Source of the DNA: Eledone cirrhosa
Taxonomy: Eukaryota
NCBI GenBank assembly: GCA_964016885.1
Contig: OZ024741.1
Location: forward strand, 172,670,001-172,734,000
Length of the DNA: 64,000 bases
Reading direction: 5' to 3'
Shown: one piece after another, positions 25,001 to 38,449 of the stretch
Numbering within the stretch: the first letter of the stretch is position 1
Layout: each line of letters begins with the position of its first letter
Program-made: the position numbers and the translations under genes
Notes under the pieces: model-generated
Database searches by the model: none
Told to the model about the DNA's origin: nothing
The model's input: only the letters and a program-made list of their open reading frames with translations

Positions 25001-28000
25001 AATAGTGGTATCAGCTATGGCTTATGGTGGTGGTAGTGCTGGTAATAGTGGTATCAGCTATGACCTATGGTGGTGGTAGTGGTGGTAATAGTGGTATCAG
25101 CTATGACCTATGGTGGTGGTAGTGGTGGTAATAGTGGTATCAGCTATGACCTATGGTGGTGGTAGTGGTGGTAATAGTGGCATCAGCTATGACCTATGGT
25201 GGTGGTAGTGGTGGTAATAGTGGTATCAGCTATGACCTATAATGGTGGTAGTGGTGGTAATAGTGGTATCAGCTATGACCTATAATGGTGGTAGTGGTGG
25301 TAATAGTGGTATCAGCTATGACCTATGGTGGTGGTAGTGGAGGTAATAGTGGTATCAGCTATGACCTATGGTGGTAATAGTGGTGGTAATAGTGGTATCA
25401 GCTATGACCTATGGTGGTGGTAGTGGTCGTAATAGTGGTATCAGCTATGACCTATGGTGGTGGTAGTGGTGGTAATAGTGGTATCAGCTATGACCTATGG
25501 TGGTGGTAGTGGTGGTAATAGTGGAATCAGCTATGACCTATGGTGGTGGTAGTGGTGGTAATAGTGGTATCAGCTATGACCTATGGTGGTGGTAATGGTG
25601 GTAATAGTGGTATCAGCTATGACCTATGGTGGTAGTGGTGGTAATAGTGGTATCAGCTATGACCTATGGTGGTGGTAGTGGTGGTAATAGTGGTATCAGC
25701 TATGACCTATAGTGGTGGTAGTGGTGGTAATAGTGGTATCAGCTATGACCTATGGTGGTGCTAGTGGTGGTAATAGTGGTATCAGCTATGACCTATGGTG
25801 GTGCTAGTGGTGGTAATAGTGGTATCAGCTATGACCTATGGTGGATGGTAGTGGTGGTAATAGTGGTATCAGCTATGACCTATGGTGGTGGTAGTGGTGG
25901 TAATAGTGGTATCAGCTATGACCTATGGTGGATGGTAGTGGTGGTAATAGTGGTATCAGCTATGACCTATGGTGGTGGTAGTGGTGGTAATAGTGGTATC
26001 AGCTATGACCTATGGTGGTGGTAGTGGTGGTAATAGTGGTATCAGCTATGACCTATGGTGGTGGTAGTGGTGGTAATAGTGGTATCAGCTATGACCTATG
26101 GTGGTAATAGTGTTGGTAATAGTGGTATCAGCTATGACCTATGGTGGTAATAGTGTTGGTAATAGTGGTATCAGCTATGACCTATGGTGGTAATAGTGGT
26201 GGTAATAGTGGTATCAGCTACGACCTATGGTGGTAATAGTGGTGGTAATAGTGGTATCAGCTATGACCTATGGTGGTGGTAGTGGTGGTAATAGTGGTAT
26301 CAGCTATGACCTATGGTGGTAATAGTGTTGGTAATAGTGGTATCAGCTATGACCTATGGTGGTAATAGTGGTGGTAATAGTGGTATCAGCTATGACCTAT
26401 GGTGGTAATAGTGTTGGTAATAGTGGTATCAGCTATGACCTATGGTGGTAATAGTGGTGGTAATAGTGGTATCAGCTATGACCTATGGTGGTAATAGTGG
26501 TATCAGCTATGGCTTATGGTGGTGGTAGTGGTGGTAATAGTGGTATCAGCTATGACCTATGGTGGTGGTAGTGGTGGTAATAGTGGTATCAGCTATGACC
26601 TATGGTGGTAATAGTGGTGGTAATAGTGGTATCAGCTACGACCTATGGTGGTAATAGTGGTGGTAATAGTGGTATCAGCTATGACCTATGGTGGTGGTAG
26701 TGGTGGTAATAGTGGTATCAGCTATGGCTTATGGTGGTGGTAGTGGTGGTAATAGTGGTATCAGCTATGACCTATGGTGGTAGTGGTGGTAATAGTGGTA
26801 TCAGCTATGACCTATGGTGGTGGTAGTGGTGGTAATAGTGGTATCAGCTATGACCTATGGTGGTGGTAGTGGTGGTAATAGTGGTATCAGCTATGACCTA
26901 TGGTGGTGGTAGTGGTGGTAATAGTGGTATCAGCTATGACCTATGGTGGTGGTAATGGTGGTAATAGTGGTATCAGCTATGACCTATGGTGGTAGTGCTG
27001 GTAATAGTGGTATCAGCTATGACCTATGGTGGTGGTAGTGGTGGTAATAGTGGTATCAGCTATGACCTATGGTGGTGGTAGTGGTGGTAATAGTGGTATC
27101 AGCTATGACCTATAATGGTGGTAGTGGTGGTAATAGTGGTATCAGCTATGACCTATGGTGGTGGTAGTGGTGGTAATAGTGGTATCAGCTATGACCTATG
27201 GTGGTGGTAGTGGTGGTAATAGTGGTATCAGCTATGACCTATGGTGGTGGTAGTGGTGGTAATAGTGGTATCAGCTATGACCTATGGTGGTGGTAGTGGT
27301 GGTAATAGTGGTATCAGCTATGACCTATGGTGGTGGTAGTGGTGGTAATAGTGGTATCAGCTATGACCTATGGTGGTGGTAGTGGTGGTAATAGTGGTAT
27401 CAGCTATGACCTATGGTGGTGGTAGTGGTGGTAATAGTGGTATCAGCTATGACCTATAATGGTGGTAGTGGTGGTAATAGTGGTATCAGCTATGACCTAT
27501 GGTGGTGGTAGTGGTGGTAATAGTGGTATCAGCTATGACCTATGGTGGTGGTAGTGGTGGTAATAGTGGTATCAGCTATGACCTATGGTGGTGGTAGTGG
27601 TGGTAATAGTGGTATCAGCTATGACCTATGGTGGTAGTGGTGGTAATAGTGGTATCAGCTATGACCTATGGTGGTGGTAGTGGTGGTAATAGTGGTATCA
27701 GCTATGACCTATGGTGGTGGTAGTGCTGGTAATAGTGGTATCAGCTATGACCTATGGTGGTGGTAGTGGTGGTAATAGTGGTATCAGCTATGGCTTATGG
27801 TGGTGGTAGTGGTGGTAATAGTGGTATCAGCTATGACCTATGGTGGTGGTAGTGGTGGTAATAGTGGTATCAGCTATGGCTTATGGTGGTGGTAGTGGTG
27901 GTAATAGTGGTATCAGCTATGACCTATGGTGGTGGTAGTGGTGGTAATAGTGGTATCAGCTATGGCTTATGGTGGTGGTAGTGGTGGTAATAGTGGTATC

Positions 28001-29385
28001 AGCTATGACCTATGGTGGTGGTAGTGGTGGTAATAGTGGTATCAGCTATGACCTATGGTGGTGGTAGTGGTGGTAATAGTGGTATCAGCTATGACCTATG
28101 GTGGTGGTAGTGGTGGTAATAGTGGTATCAGCTATGACCTATGGTGGTGGTAGTGGTGGTAATAGTGGTATCAGCTATGACCTATGGTGGTGGTAGTGGT
28201 GGTAATAGTGGTATCAGCTATGACCTATAGTGGTGGTAGTGGTGGTAATAGTGGTATCAGCTATGACCTATGGTGGTGGTAGTGCTGGTAATAGTGGTAT
28301 CAGCTATGACCTATGGTGGTGGTAGTGGTGGTAATAGTGGTATCAGCTATGACCTATGGTGGTGGTAGTGGTGGTAATAGTGGTATCAGCTATGACCTAT
28401 GGTGGTGGTAGTGGTGGTAATAGTGGTATCAGCTATGACCTATGGTGGTGGTAGTGCTGGTAATAGTGGTATCAGCTATGACCTATGGTGGTGGTAGTGG
28501 TGGTAATAGTGGTATCAGCTATGACCTATGGTGGTGGTAGTGGTGGTAATAGTGGTATCAGCTATGACCTATAGTGGTGGTAGTGGTGGTAATAGTGGTA
28601 TCAGCTATGACCTATGGTGGTGGTAGTGGTGGTAATAGTGGTATCAGCTATGACCTATGGTGGTGGTAGTGGTGGTAATAGTGGTATCAGCTATGACCTA
28701 TGGTGGTGGTAGTGCTGGTAATAGTGGTATCAGCTATGACCTATGGTGGTGGTAGTGGTGGTAATAGTGGTATCAGCTATGACCTATAGTGGTGGTAGTG
28801 GTGGTAATAGTGGTATCAGCTATGGCTTATGGTGGTGGTAGTGGTGGTAATAGTGGTATCAGCTATGACCTATAGTGGTGGTAGTGGTGGTAATAGTGGT
28901 ATCAGCTATGGCTTATGGTGGTGGTAGTGGTGGTAATAGTGGTATCAGCTATGACCTATGGTGGTGGTAGTGGTGGTAATAGTGGTATCAGCTATGACCT
29001 ATGGTGGTGGTAGTGGTGGTAATAGTGGTATCAGCTATGACCTATGGTGGTGGTAGTGGTGGTAATAGTGGTATCAGCTATGGCTTATGGTGGTGGTAGT
29101 GGTGGTAATAGTGGTATCAGCTATGGCTTATGGTGGTGGTAGTGCTGGTAATAGTGGTATCAGCTATGGCTTATGGTGGTGGTAGTGGTGGTAATAGTGG
29201 TATCAGCTACGACCTATGGTGGTGGTAGTGCTGGTAATAGTGGTATCAGCTATGGCTTATGGTGGTGGTAGTGGTGGTAATAGTGGTATCAGCTATGACC
29301 TATGGTGGTGGTAGTGGTGGTAATAGTGGTATCAGCTATGACCTATGGTGGTGGTAGTGCTGGTAATAGTGGTATCAGCTATGAC
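22062..29385. repeat. 43-bp tandem satellite, ~170 copies (GGTGGTGGTAGTGGTGGTAATAGTGGTATCAGCTATGACCTAT)
   Basis: ATCAGC recurs at 22089, 22132 and onward (43-bp period). Very homogeneous with a few recurrent variants. Confidence 0.98.
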
Positions 29386-29648
29386 GTAATGTCATAAACG
29401 TTTCACTGTGTAGTAGTAGGTTGATGTTTGTGGTGATGGTTTCTTATGGTGGTTTTTATTATTGGGATGATGTTGATGATGATAGTGATGGGAGGTGGTG
29501 TGTCGGTTTGGCTGTATCTGGCATTGTTTGTTGAACTGTGTAGGTTGTAGTTATAGTGGTGATGACGTCATCGAACCCTGGTTACAGTTGTAGCGCAAAA
29601 TAGTGCATAATTCTGTTGAAAGGTGTCGCTGAGTAGCTGATAAAATCG

Positions 29649-29700
29649 ATGATGGTGTTGGTGTTGTTGTTGTTGTTGATGATGATGATGTTGACGATGG

Positions 29701-29731
<31 letters not shown>

Positions 29732-29763
29732 CATGGTGATCATGGTGATGATGGTGATGATGG

Positions 29764-29819
<56 letters not shown>

Positions 29820-30250
29820 GTGATGATGATGGTGATGATGATGATGATGATGATTGTGATGATGATGATGATTGTGATGATGATGGTGATGATGATGATT
29901 GTGATGATGATGGTGATTGTGATGATGATGGTGATGATGATGATTGTGATGATGATGGTGATGATGATGGTGATGATGGTGATGATGATGATGATTGTGA
30001 TGATGATGATGGTGATGATGGTGATGGTGATGATGGTGATAATGGTGATGATGATGGTGATGGTGATGGTGATGGTGATGATGATTGTGATGATGGTGGT
30101 GATGATGATGATGGTGATGACGACGACAACGACGACGAGTATGATGTCCACGGGTGATGATCATGAGGATGTGGATGCTGATAATGGTGGGTATAGTAGT
30201 GGCGTTGGTGGAACGAAGCAGTTTGTACTCTGTCTTAGGAATGATGACGA

Positions 30251-30305
<55 letters not shown>

Positions 30306-30327
30306 TGTTGTTGTTGTTGTTGTTGTA
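29649..30327. repeat. (GAT)n/(GATGGT)n, (AGT)n and (GTT)n microsatellites
   Basis: Directly visible. Confidence 0.93.
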
Positions 30328-30392
30328 TTTAATCCCTCATATATGTCATATATCGTATAGAATTATATTATATATATATATGTGTGTGTGTG

Positions 30393-30449
<57 letters not shown>

Positions 30450-31295
30450 TATTTACGTATCGAGAGAGAGAAAAAAAGGGGAGGATAGGTGATACATATA
30501 GTTATTTGCCAAGTAGCGTATGCCAAAGCTGCTCGATACTAGTGCCGGCAGTATTAAATATTCGAAGTGTTAATATTTAGTGGGCTAGAGAATTAGCAGA
30601 GCGTAAGCACGTGGGAAAGTAAGAAATCGGAGAATCGACCGTTAAAACATGTTTATTTAAAACACCACCTACGTACGTTTCGACCAGTTGGGCATCTCAA
30701 GGGCATAAATAATCAAAAGTGTTCCTTAGATTGCTCGGAAAGAGTTTTGGGGGTTAAATCCACGTCAAGGTTCATTACTCGCAAAAATAGCTTGTTTTGA
30801 TTTTGCAGCAGGTCAAAAGTGTTCCTTACATAACTAATAAGCTCTGTAACTTACATAGTGCACTCTTTTTTCATGGACCTTTCCGACGGAATCACTTCAT
30901 TCATTCATACATATATATATATATACTAAGGAGCAGTTTAGGTATGATACATTTTATTACTAATTATATCTAAATGTTTCTTCTCTCTTCATAATGTATT
31001 TTTAACTCTGATACTGGTTCAGTCTGGTTCAACCGGATTGGTCTGTCCCAGTCATTCATTGAGCAACATCGGTGAGGTTGGCACCCTTAACTCACGGTTG
31101 GGTGTGGATGCATTCATGTATATGTGTGTGTCCGCATGTATCTGTGTATTTCTAAATATATTATATATATATATATATGATTTTTAATGCAATGAAATAT
31201 CTATGATCGTTGGCAAATCACTGATGAGGGACTCATTTTATAACATGTTATCCATGTGCAACCTGCAGTATTCTTCTCCCCATTTTTTCACACAA

Positions 31296-31380
<85 letters not shown>

Positions 31381-31957
31381 TATGGTGGCTGCCAACTCGT
31401 TTTCGAGTACGGCCACTACCTTATATCCATGTAGGAGAACCCCTACCGATGCGCTGAACGAGTCTGACTTTTTAGTCCAGCCAGCGACTTGAAAACTCTG
31501 GTACAAACACTACACCTGTGATAATTATTGACACATAGTGCTTTGCCTTTGGCACCATGTGACGACAAGTGCAGAGAGATCTCCAGATATAAAGCAATGC
31601 CTGTGCCGTGAAGCTTTTATAGTGAGCAAAGGCACTGCACAAAACCAGTCCCACTCTCTTAACCAAGATGATATTTACCAAAAAGAAGAACAAGTCAACA
31701 TCAATGGATGCCATCAGGGTTGCAGGTGTTATATCAGAGTTTTCCTTCTCCTAGAATTCTGCCTTGACAAAGGCTAAGGGGTCATCTCTCCCAGTGATTT
31801 TGGATGGCCATTGACTCTTAAGAGCTCCTTTGCCCTTTGACAGGTTTTGTTTTTAGTCCTGCAGGATGTCCAAAGTCACCCTCCTCACCAAGAAATCTTG
31901 GTGGGGTTGCCAGTTTAGTCGCCAACGACCCGACCATGAGACAGGTTGTACTGGGAT
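31381..31957 (-). mobile_element. Probable short non-autonomous RTE-related element between (TA)n tracts
   Basis: Minus strand contains CTAGGAGAAGGAAAACTCTGA and GGCAACCCC motifs that I recognise from RTE-clade 5' UTRs. No ORF. Confidence 0.4.
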
Positions 31958-31988
31958 ACACATATATATATATACATACATATATATC

Positions 31989-34900
31989 ACCAACCTCTTT
32001 GCTAGCACCTTGGCCAAAATCTTGAACTCTGTGTTTAGCTGAGTTATGGGCCTGAAATTATCTATGTTATCCCCCTTGTTCGGATCCTTTTTCAGCAGCG
32101 ACACAGCTCCTCGGCTCACAGTGCTGGGAATTCTCCCGTTCTGTTGCCAGTTGCAGTAGACGTTCGCCAAGAGGCCTCCGAACAAGTCTGGCATATGTAC
32201 GTAAAGTTCATAGGGCAGACCATCCAAACCAGGCGATTTACCCCTTGTGAAGCCAGTCATTGCCTCCCGTACTTCAGCGGCTGTTATCAGCTTTTCGCAA
32301 CACCCCGCCTTAGTGGCCGAGAGCCGCGGCAGTCCGCCGAGGTAGACACAAAAGTCCATCTCTCGATCCGGCCCGCCGCTGCCCCCGAACAGCTGTGCGA
32401 AGTGTCGCTGAAAAGCTTCACACATTTTCCCGGGATCGAGTAGCATGCGTCCGTCGTGGTCCACCAAAGACCGGATCGTGGCTTTGTTGCCACGACGCGC
32501 CTCCGCCACTCGGGCCCATTGAACCGCTTTCATCCGTTCGTGTCTGAGAGCACGCACCCTAGCTCTGACAACGCAGCCTTCGTGCTTTGCATTGAAGAAT
32601 TGGTCAAGGGCGAATTTCGCCGCAAGTACGTCGGTCGCGATGCCTTTGCTAAGCGCCTCGTCTAATTTTCTAACTAATTCTCCCTCTGCTCTATTTTTCT
32701 CTATTGCTAAAGCCTTACTAAACCTAACGGACTCTATTCTAATTGCTCTTTTCAGAGCAAACCACCACTTGTTGTTGACCATGGCCCCTGTCAACGCCCG
32801 CTTAACTAGTTCGCTAATCCGGTCTCTGTAGGCCTTGCGCGCTGGTAAGGACGCGTTTAGCTTCCAGTAGCCGGGTCCTCGTCCATGAAGCCTATCTAAG
32901 TCAAGCACACAGATCACGAATTTGTGGTCGGTGTAGTTGACTATCTTGAATTGTGGACAGCCTTGCTAGATCTATCTATTTCCCTAAAAAATACTCTATC
33001 TAGATATGATCTGGATGACCCTATGCGATTTGTCCAAGTCCATATTGGCACATTCGGGAAATCCAATCGGTACAGGTCAGACAGTTCAAAACGCCTGAGC
33101 AGGTTGGTGAGGCTCTTGCACCCTCCTCCCCTATCCGCTGTTCCCACACAGTCCCAGCGCGCATCTAAGATCCCGTTCCAGTCGCCCACTAACACTAAAG
33201 AGCGGGACGTTCCAAGAAAGGTCTCCAGATGCCGGAAGAAATCAGGCCGCCCTGCCCCTGTCGGGGTATAGACGGCCACTAGCCTGAAAGCTTGCCCGTC
33301 TCCGCTGGTCACGTCTAGCACCACCAACTTACCTTCTGGGTCCTGGAAGATGGCCCGTATGGCGAGATACAAACCTCTCCGAAAAAGCACAGCAACTCCT
33401 CCCCCCGATCCCGGACGGCTGGGAGATGCGTACACATCGTAGCCGCCGAACATCGGTGCGAAGGCCCGTGCTTCGAAGATTCTGGTCTCGCTGATGGCCA
33501 CTACATCTATGTTTAGTGACCTGAGGTCGTTCAGCTGGTGGCCCTGCTTCCATGACGACCCCAAGCCACGCGCATTTATGCTGCCTATTCTGAGTGAGGT
33601 CATGTTGAAATGGAGTGGAAAAGATGGGAAAGACCACTTACCTTACTTCTCGTAGAGGAAGGATGGTTTGTCCATCCTTTTCACTGCTTGTGGCCTCCTC
33701 CGGAAGGATGTCCTTATAAATCCTCCTGGAAAGTGTTTTTCGGAAGTCTCCGATGTCTTTGGGGAATTTTTGTTTTAGTGTCGTGTACGTTTTCTGTGTG
33801 ATGCGAGTGATTTGTATGTGTGGAGGTGGTGTGAACTTTTGGGTTGTTGTGGATTCTTTTTCTGTGATGCTGGTGTTGTGTTGGATGTAGTGTAATAATT
33901 GCTTGTTGTTCAAACTTAATGCTGGGTAGTGTGTATCGTTTTGGTTGTTTTGTTTTGTTTGCGTTTGTTTTGGGTTTGTTTCTGTTTCGCTTTTTGGTGA
34001 CTTTTGTGGTGTTGGTGATGGTGGTGTTGGGGTTAATGATGGTGATGGTGTTGGTGTTTGTGGTGATGTGGTTGTTGGTGCTGTTGTTGATGGTGGCATA
34101 TCTGTCCTAACTTTTTTGTTTGATAGTTTATTTGTTTCCCTCTGTATTTTGTTTTTGGAGGGGGAGGGAAGAGAATTTTTTCTTTTTGGGTTTCTTTTTT
34201 TCTTTTTTCCTGATACCGTTTCCCACTCCTCGTCGTCACAATCTGTCTCCAGTTATGATAAGCCGGGGAGTGGAAAATCCTCCACAGGCGTTGGTTTTGC
34301 TTGTGGCGTGGTGTATTGTGTAGGCGCTGGTGCTAGTTCTGGCGCATTGGGTGGTGGTGGTGTTGGTTTTGCTACTGTTGCTGGGGTTGTTGCTGTTATA
34401 GTTGCTTCTGTTGTTGCTGCTACAGTTGTTGCTGCCATCTCTGCTGCTGGTGGTGTTGATGGTTGAGTCACTGGGGTGGGTAAGAGAGGTGGCCTTCAAC
34501 CTTTTAGCCTGAGGGCAGAAAGCCCTTAGGTGGGTTCCTTCACCACAAACGACACACCTAGGCCTTCTGCCCTCGACGATTACGGTGAGGTGGCTGCCGT
34601 CAGTGAGGTCTATTAGCTCTGGGATCTCCTCAATGCTTTTTTGGTCCGCTTGGATCAGGTGCTCCATCTCTGAGCCGGACCAGTTCTCCTGCTTTTCTTT
34701 CGCTATTTCGATTATCTTGGTGTTGGCTTCGATGCCGGCGAGGACGGCAGCTATTAGCCAGGGAATTTCGATGGCCGGTGGAACGTGGGTCACCTTGATC
34801 TTTACGAGTCTCTGGCCACAATAGCTTGGGACGAGTGTGAAGTCGTCACTTCCTAATGGGGCCATGGATTGTTCTCTGGCATCCTGTGGTGTTTCAAAGA

Positions 34901-35811
34901 ACACGTCCACGGTTCCATATTTTTGCCCACGTCTGATGTGGGTTTTTTTTACCACACATGTCCCAAAGCTTTTTGAATTTGGGACTCGGATGCCCGTTCC
35001 ACTCGTCGCGATTTTATGTTAATTGTTCGATAAGACACGGTGCATAGGCGCCGATGCTCCATTTTATTAGGTGTGTGTGTGTGTTGGGGGGGGGGGGGGC
35101 TGACCCTGTACCATCTTTTTTTACCATTTTTTGGCTTCTTCTAATTCCTCCTGAGTTACCTGAAATGCTTCGCACTGTTTTGCTACTCTGGAAAAACTCA
35201 GGGTGGTTTTCTTAATTTCATTGTTGCTGTTGTTGTTATCGTTATTTTTGTTATTATTAATTTTAGTTTCAGTTGTGGTGGTGGTGGCGTCACTGGTGTT
35301 CGGTGTGGAAGAGTTCATTTTGGTTGAATTCATTTCGATATCACGAGTTATTTTATTTTTTTATTTTGTTTCTGTTGTTGCGGTGGTGGTGGGGGTGGGG
35401 GTTGTCGCGGTGGTGGTGGTGGCGGCTTTAACACCTGCAGTCATTGGTAATGGCGGGAAATGAATGTCTGCCTGAGACATATTTAAAATATTGCTGCAGC
35501 TTATATTTTTAGTGTTGGCAAACGTAGAAATATTTACAATGGTGGTGTCGGTGTGAAGTGTTAGTTTGTGAGAAAGGAGTGACTCTGAGTCAGCCATGAT
35601 TTTTCAAAGAAAAATGTTTGTTTGATAATCATAAAAGTTTAAATTTTGGGCTCAAGGCCCCAATCTTTTTCGGTGTCCTTTTCAGATAACAATGTATGTG
35701 CACTTATATACAGTTAACAATAAAAATTTTCCATGAATGGCAATTTTAAACAACTGAAAATAACAAACCTTTGCGGAGCTCACGATGATACGATTTACTA
35801 CGTAGGTCGCC
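31989..35811 (-). mobile_element. Tx1 copy E (divergent family), 5' end present, 3' half lost inside RT
   Basis: ORF1 pieces 35361-35597, 35121-35333, 34236-34955 (CVVCGEGTHLRAFC) and 33638-34099. ORF2 32941-33603 and 31853-32917. The 5' end abuts (AAT)n. Confidence 0.9.
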
Positions 35812-35846
35812 AATAATAATAATATAATAATAATAATAATAATAAT
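35812..35846. repeat. (AAT)n between Tx1 copies E and F
   Basis: aataataataatataataataataataataataat. Confidence 0.9.
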
Positions 35847-36763
35847 GATTTCATTTATTGGCCACAAGGGCCGACATATAGGGGACAATACAAAAGACTT
35901 GGACAGTGGGGTTTTACAGAAAAATCGAGTAAACAATATGAATAACAATAACAAAGTAACAATAATAAAGTAACAATAAAGTAACAATAAAGTAACAATA
36001 AAGTAACAATAAAATTACAACAACAAAAAAATTCCCCAGTAGGGGGATGACCACCTAGGGTTCGCTCAGGTACCCCACCAGTCCTGAACGACCCGACGCT
36101 TCGAGAGCACCCTGGAAGGGCACCCCTCTCCTCTTCAAATTTACCTACCTACAGCCGCATGACCAGAGTAGGCCCACTCACACGGGCCATTCTCGCCACA
36201 TTCACCCACCTTTCAGCAAATGTACTGGGGGAAGCACTTCTCTCTCCACCCTCACCTTCCTTTCCAAGTGAAACTTGAAAGAGTTGATGAGGGATTGGCT
36301 GAAGAGAAAAGTGTCTGTCTTCAGTCCTTTCAACCTCGTCCACCATACAACCTCTTTCGCTACTGCCACCAGACAGAGGAAAATTGCCTGGCCTTCCTGG
36401 CCAAAAGAAGGCGGCGGGTCGATCTTCACTATGGACTCGGCCGATAGCCGGATCCGTTCTACACGCGACAACAGCTATTCAACATAACTCCACAAGTCAG
36501 TAATGCACGGACACTGGACGAGTGCGTGCAGAACGGTTTCGTCGCTCTACGCGCATCTCTGGCAGGTCCGTCTGACAGCACTTCCGTGCCTGTAGAGTTT
36601 ATCTCGAACCGGCAGTGCCCCGCGGTAGCGAGGGATTTTTGGAAATGATCCATGATCCCCGGCTCGAAAGTCCTCCGGTACAGACTGCTTAGTTCGACTT
36701 CGTTGAATCCCAGAGCTTCTCCGAGTGCGTTGTCGCACTTGCCCACCACTAATCCTCTATAGA
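35847..36763 (-). mobile_element. Tx1 copy F, 5'-truncated 3' fragment with 11-bp AAAGTAACAAT repeats in the 3' UTR
   Basis: ORF2 C-terminal pieces (RGALPVRDKLYRHG, WWTRLKGL). Terminal GTGGCCAATAAATGAAATC. Confidence 0.88.
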
Positions 36764-36775
36764 AATAATAATAAT

Positions 36776-38400
36776 GATTTCTTTATTGGCCACAAGGGCT
36801 GACATCAAGAAAAACATTACAGACGGCACAGGACGGTACAGGACGGTACGATGTGGGTTTTGTGCGTGTAAATATATATATATATTTTTTTATTATTTAT
36901 ATAAGAAAAGAAAAAAAAGGACATAGAAACATATATATAAACAATAAAAATGAAAATTGAAACAATGAAAAATTCCCCATTAGGGGGGAACCTCCGAGGG
37001 TTACTCGTGGCGAAAATCACACAAAATCCACGGCCAGCCTGACCACCAGGGCCAGCGCCCCCTCTCAATTTTTCCATCTCTCAAACTACAGACGTATATT
37101 CAGAGCGGTCCCGTTCAATCGGTCCATTCTCGCTATATTCACCCACCTTTCAAACAACTTGCTAGAAGGCAGCACTTGCCTCTCCACCCTGATTTTCCTC
37201 TTCAAGTGAAACTTGAAAAAGTTAATCAGGGATTCGCCGAAGAGGAAAGTGTCTGTCTTTAACCCTTTTAACCTTGTCCACCACACAATCTCTTTCACCA
37301 TGGCCACCAGGCAGATGAAAACCGCCTGCCCTTCCTCCTCGAAGGAAGACGGCGAGACGATCTGCACAACGGACTCATTCGATAACCGGACCAGTCCTAC
37401 ACGCAACTGTTCGACATAGCTCCACAAGTCAGCAATGCTCGGGCACTGAACGAGTGCGTGCACGACGATTTCGTCGCTCTGCTTGCATCTCGGACAGGCT
37501 CGGCTGACGGCACTTCCGTGCCTGTAGAGCTTATCTCTAACCGGCAGCGCTCCCCGGTAGCACTGCCAGGCCAGGGATTTTTGGAAGTTATCCATAGGCC
37601 TCAGGCTGAAAGTTCTCCGGAAGAGAGCAAACAGCTGATCTTCTTCGATGCCCAGGATCTCTCCGAGAACGTCGTCGCTCTTCCCCTCCACTAGTCCCCT
37701 ATAGAACGCCGAGGTGGATGTTCCACCAATACTGGTGCCCAGCTGGCAGAGGGCAGTGAGCGCCTGGAGACATTCCAGTTCCCAAGCGCTATCCCTCGGT
37801 CTTTTTCTGACCCAGGACTGCAGCCCCTTCAAGGAGACGAGCTGTGGAAAAACGTGCCTGGCGAACGGCGACCACACCTGTTCACCGTCAAGGAAGCACC
37901 AGAGATGTCGCAGCCTCAGCGCATGTTTGCGCATCATCAGCCACGGGTGTTGACAGATGGATCGTCTGACCATGGGAGCGCGTCCCTTCCACAAAAAAGC
38001 GGAAGAGGAGGCGCTCCATTTTGGTGAGAGTTGGGCCGGGGCAAGGGACGATGGTGAGGCGGTAGCAGATGACGCATTCGCCACCTCCGCCCGGCCTTTC
38101 AGGGACAGCTTCCTCTTGGACCATTTCTGGTGAGGGAGGACACTTTGCTCGTCACCTCGTTCCAGTTTTTCTCCATCTGGAGGTCCGGTCCGAAACAGAT
38201 CCCGAGCAATTTAACCGGTCCGTCCGTCCAACACCCCACGACGCTGTCGGACGGCATGGACTTGCATCTCCAGGTGCCGAGCTGCAAGCCCGACATTTCT
38301 TGGTTTATCTTTGCTCCTGTCACCGCTTCGTATTCCTTGAGAGCGGTGCCGAGTATCTGGACGTGTCTGGTGCTCGACACCACTACGGTGACGTCGTCGG
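36776..38400 (-). mobile_element. Tx1 copy G, 5'-truncated at the RT YADD region
   Basis: ORFs 38099-38383 and 37086-38084 (CPRC...HALVQC). The 3' end joins (AAT)n at 36764-36775. Confidence 0.9.
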
Positions 38401-38449
38401 TGTGTGTGTGTCTGTTTGGATGGTTAGCATGTTATGGTGTTGACATAAT

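Noticed and set aside
22062-29385. 43-bp array as a CRISPR array or a Gly-rich coding repeat
   Set aside because: No unique spacers and no cas genes. The unit is not a multiple of 3 and the frames hit frequent stops.
29568-30332. Poly-His, poly-Met and poly-Ser ORFs
   Set aside because: Artefacts of (GAT)n.
30667-30705. Minus-strand GAAA-cgtacg-TA hammerhead-like motif
   Set aside because: The 5' core reads CTTGAGA, not CTGANGA. Too degenerate to call.
1-38400. Telomeric retrotransposon array (HeT-A/TART or SART/TRAS-like)
   Set aside because: No TTAGGG or TTAGG tracts were seen. Co-orientation is explained by strand-specific microsatellite targeting.
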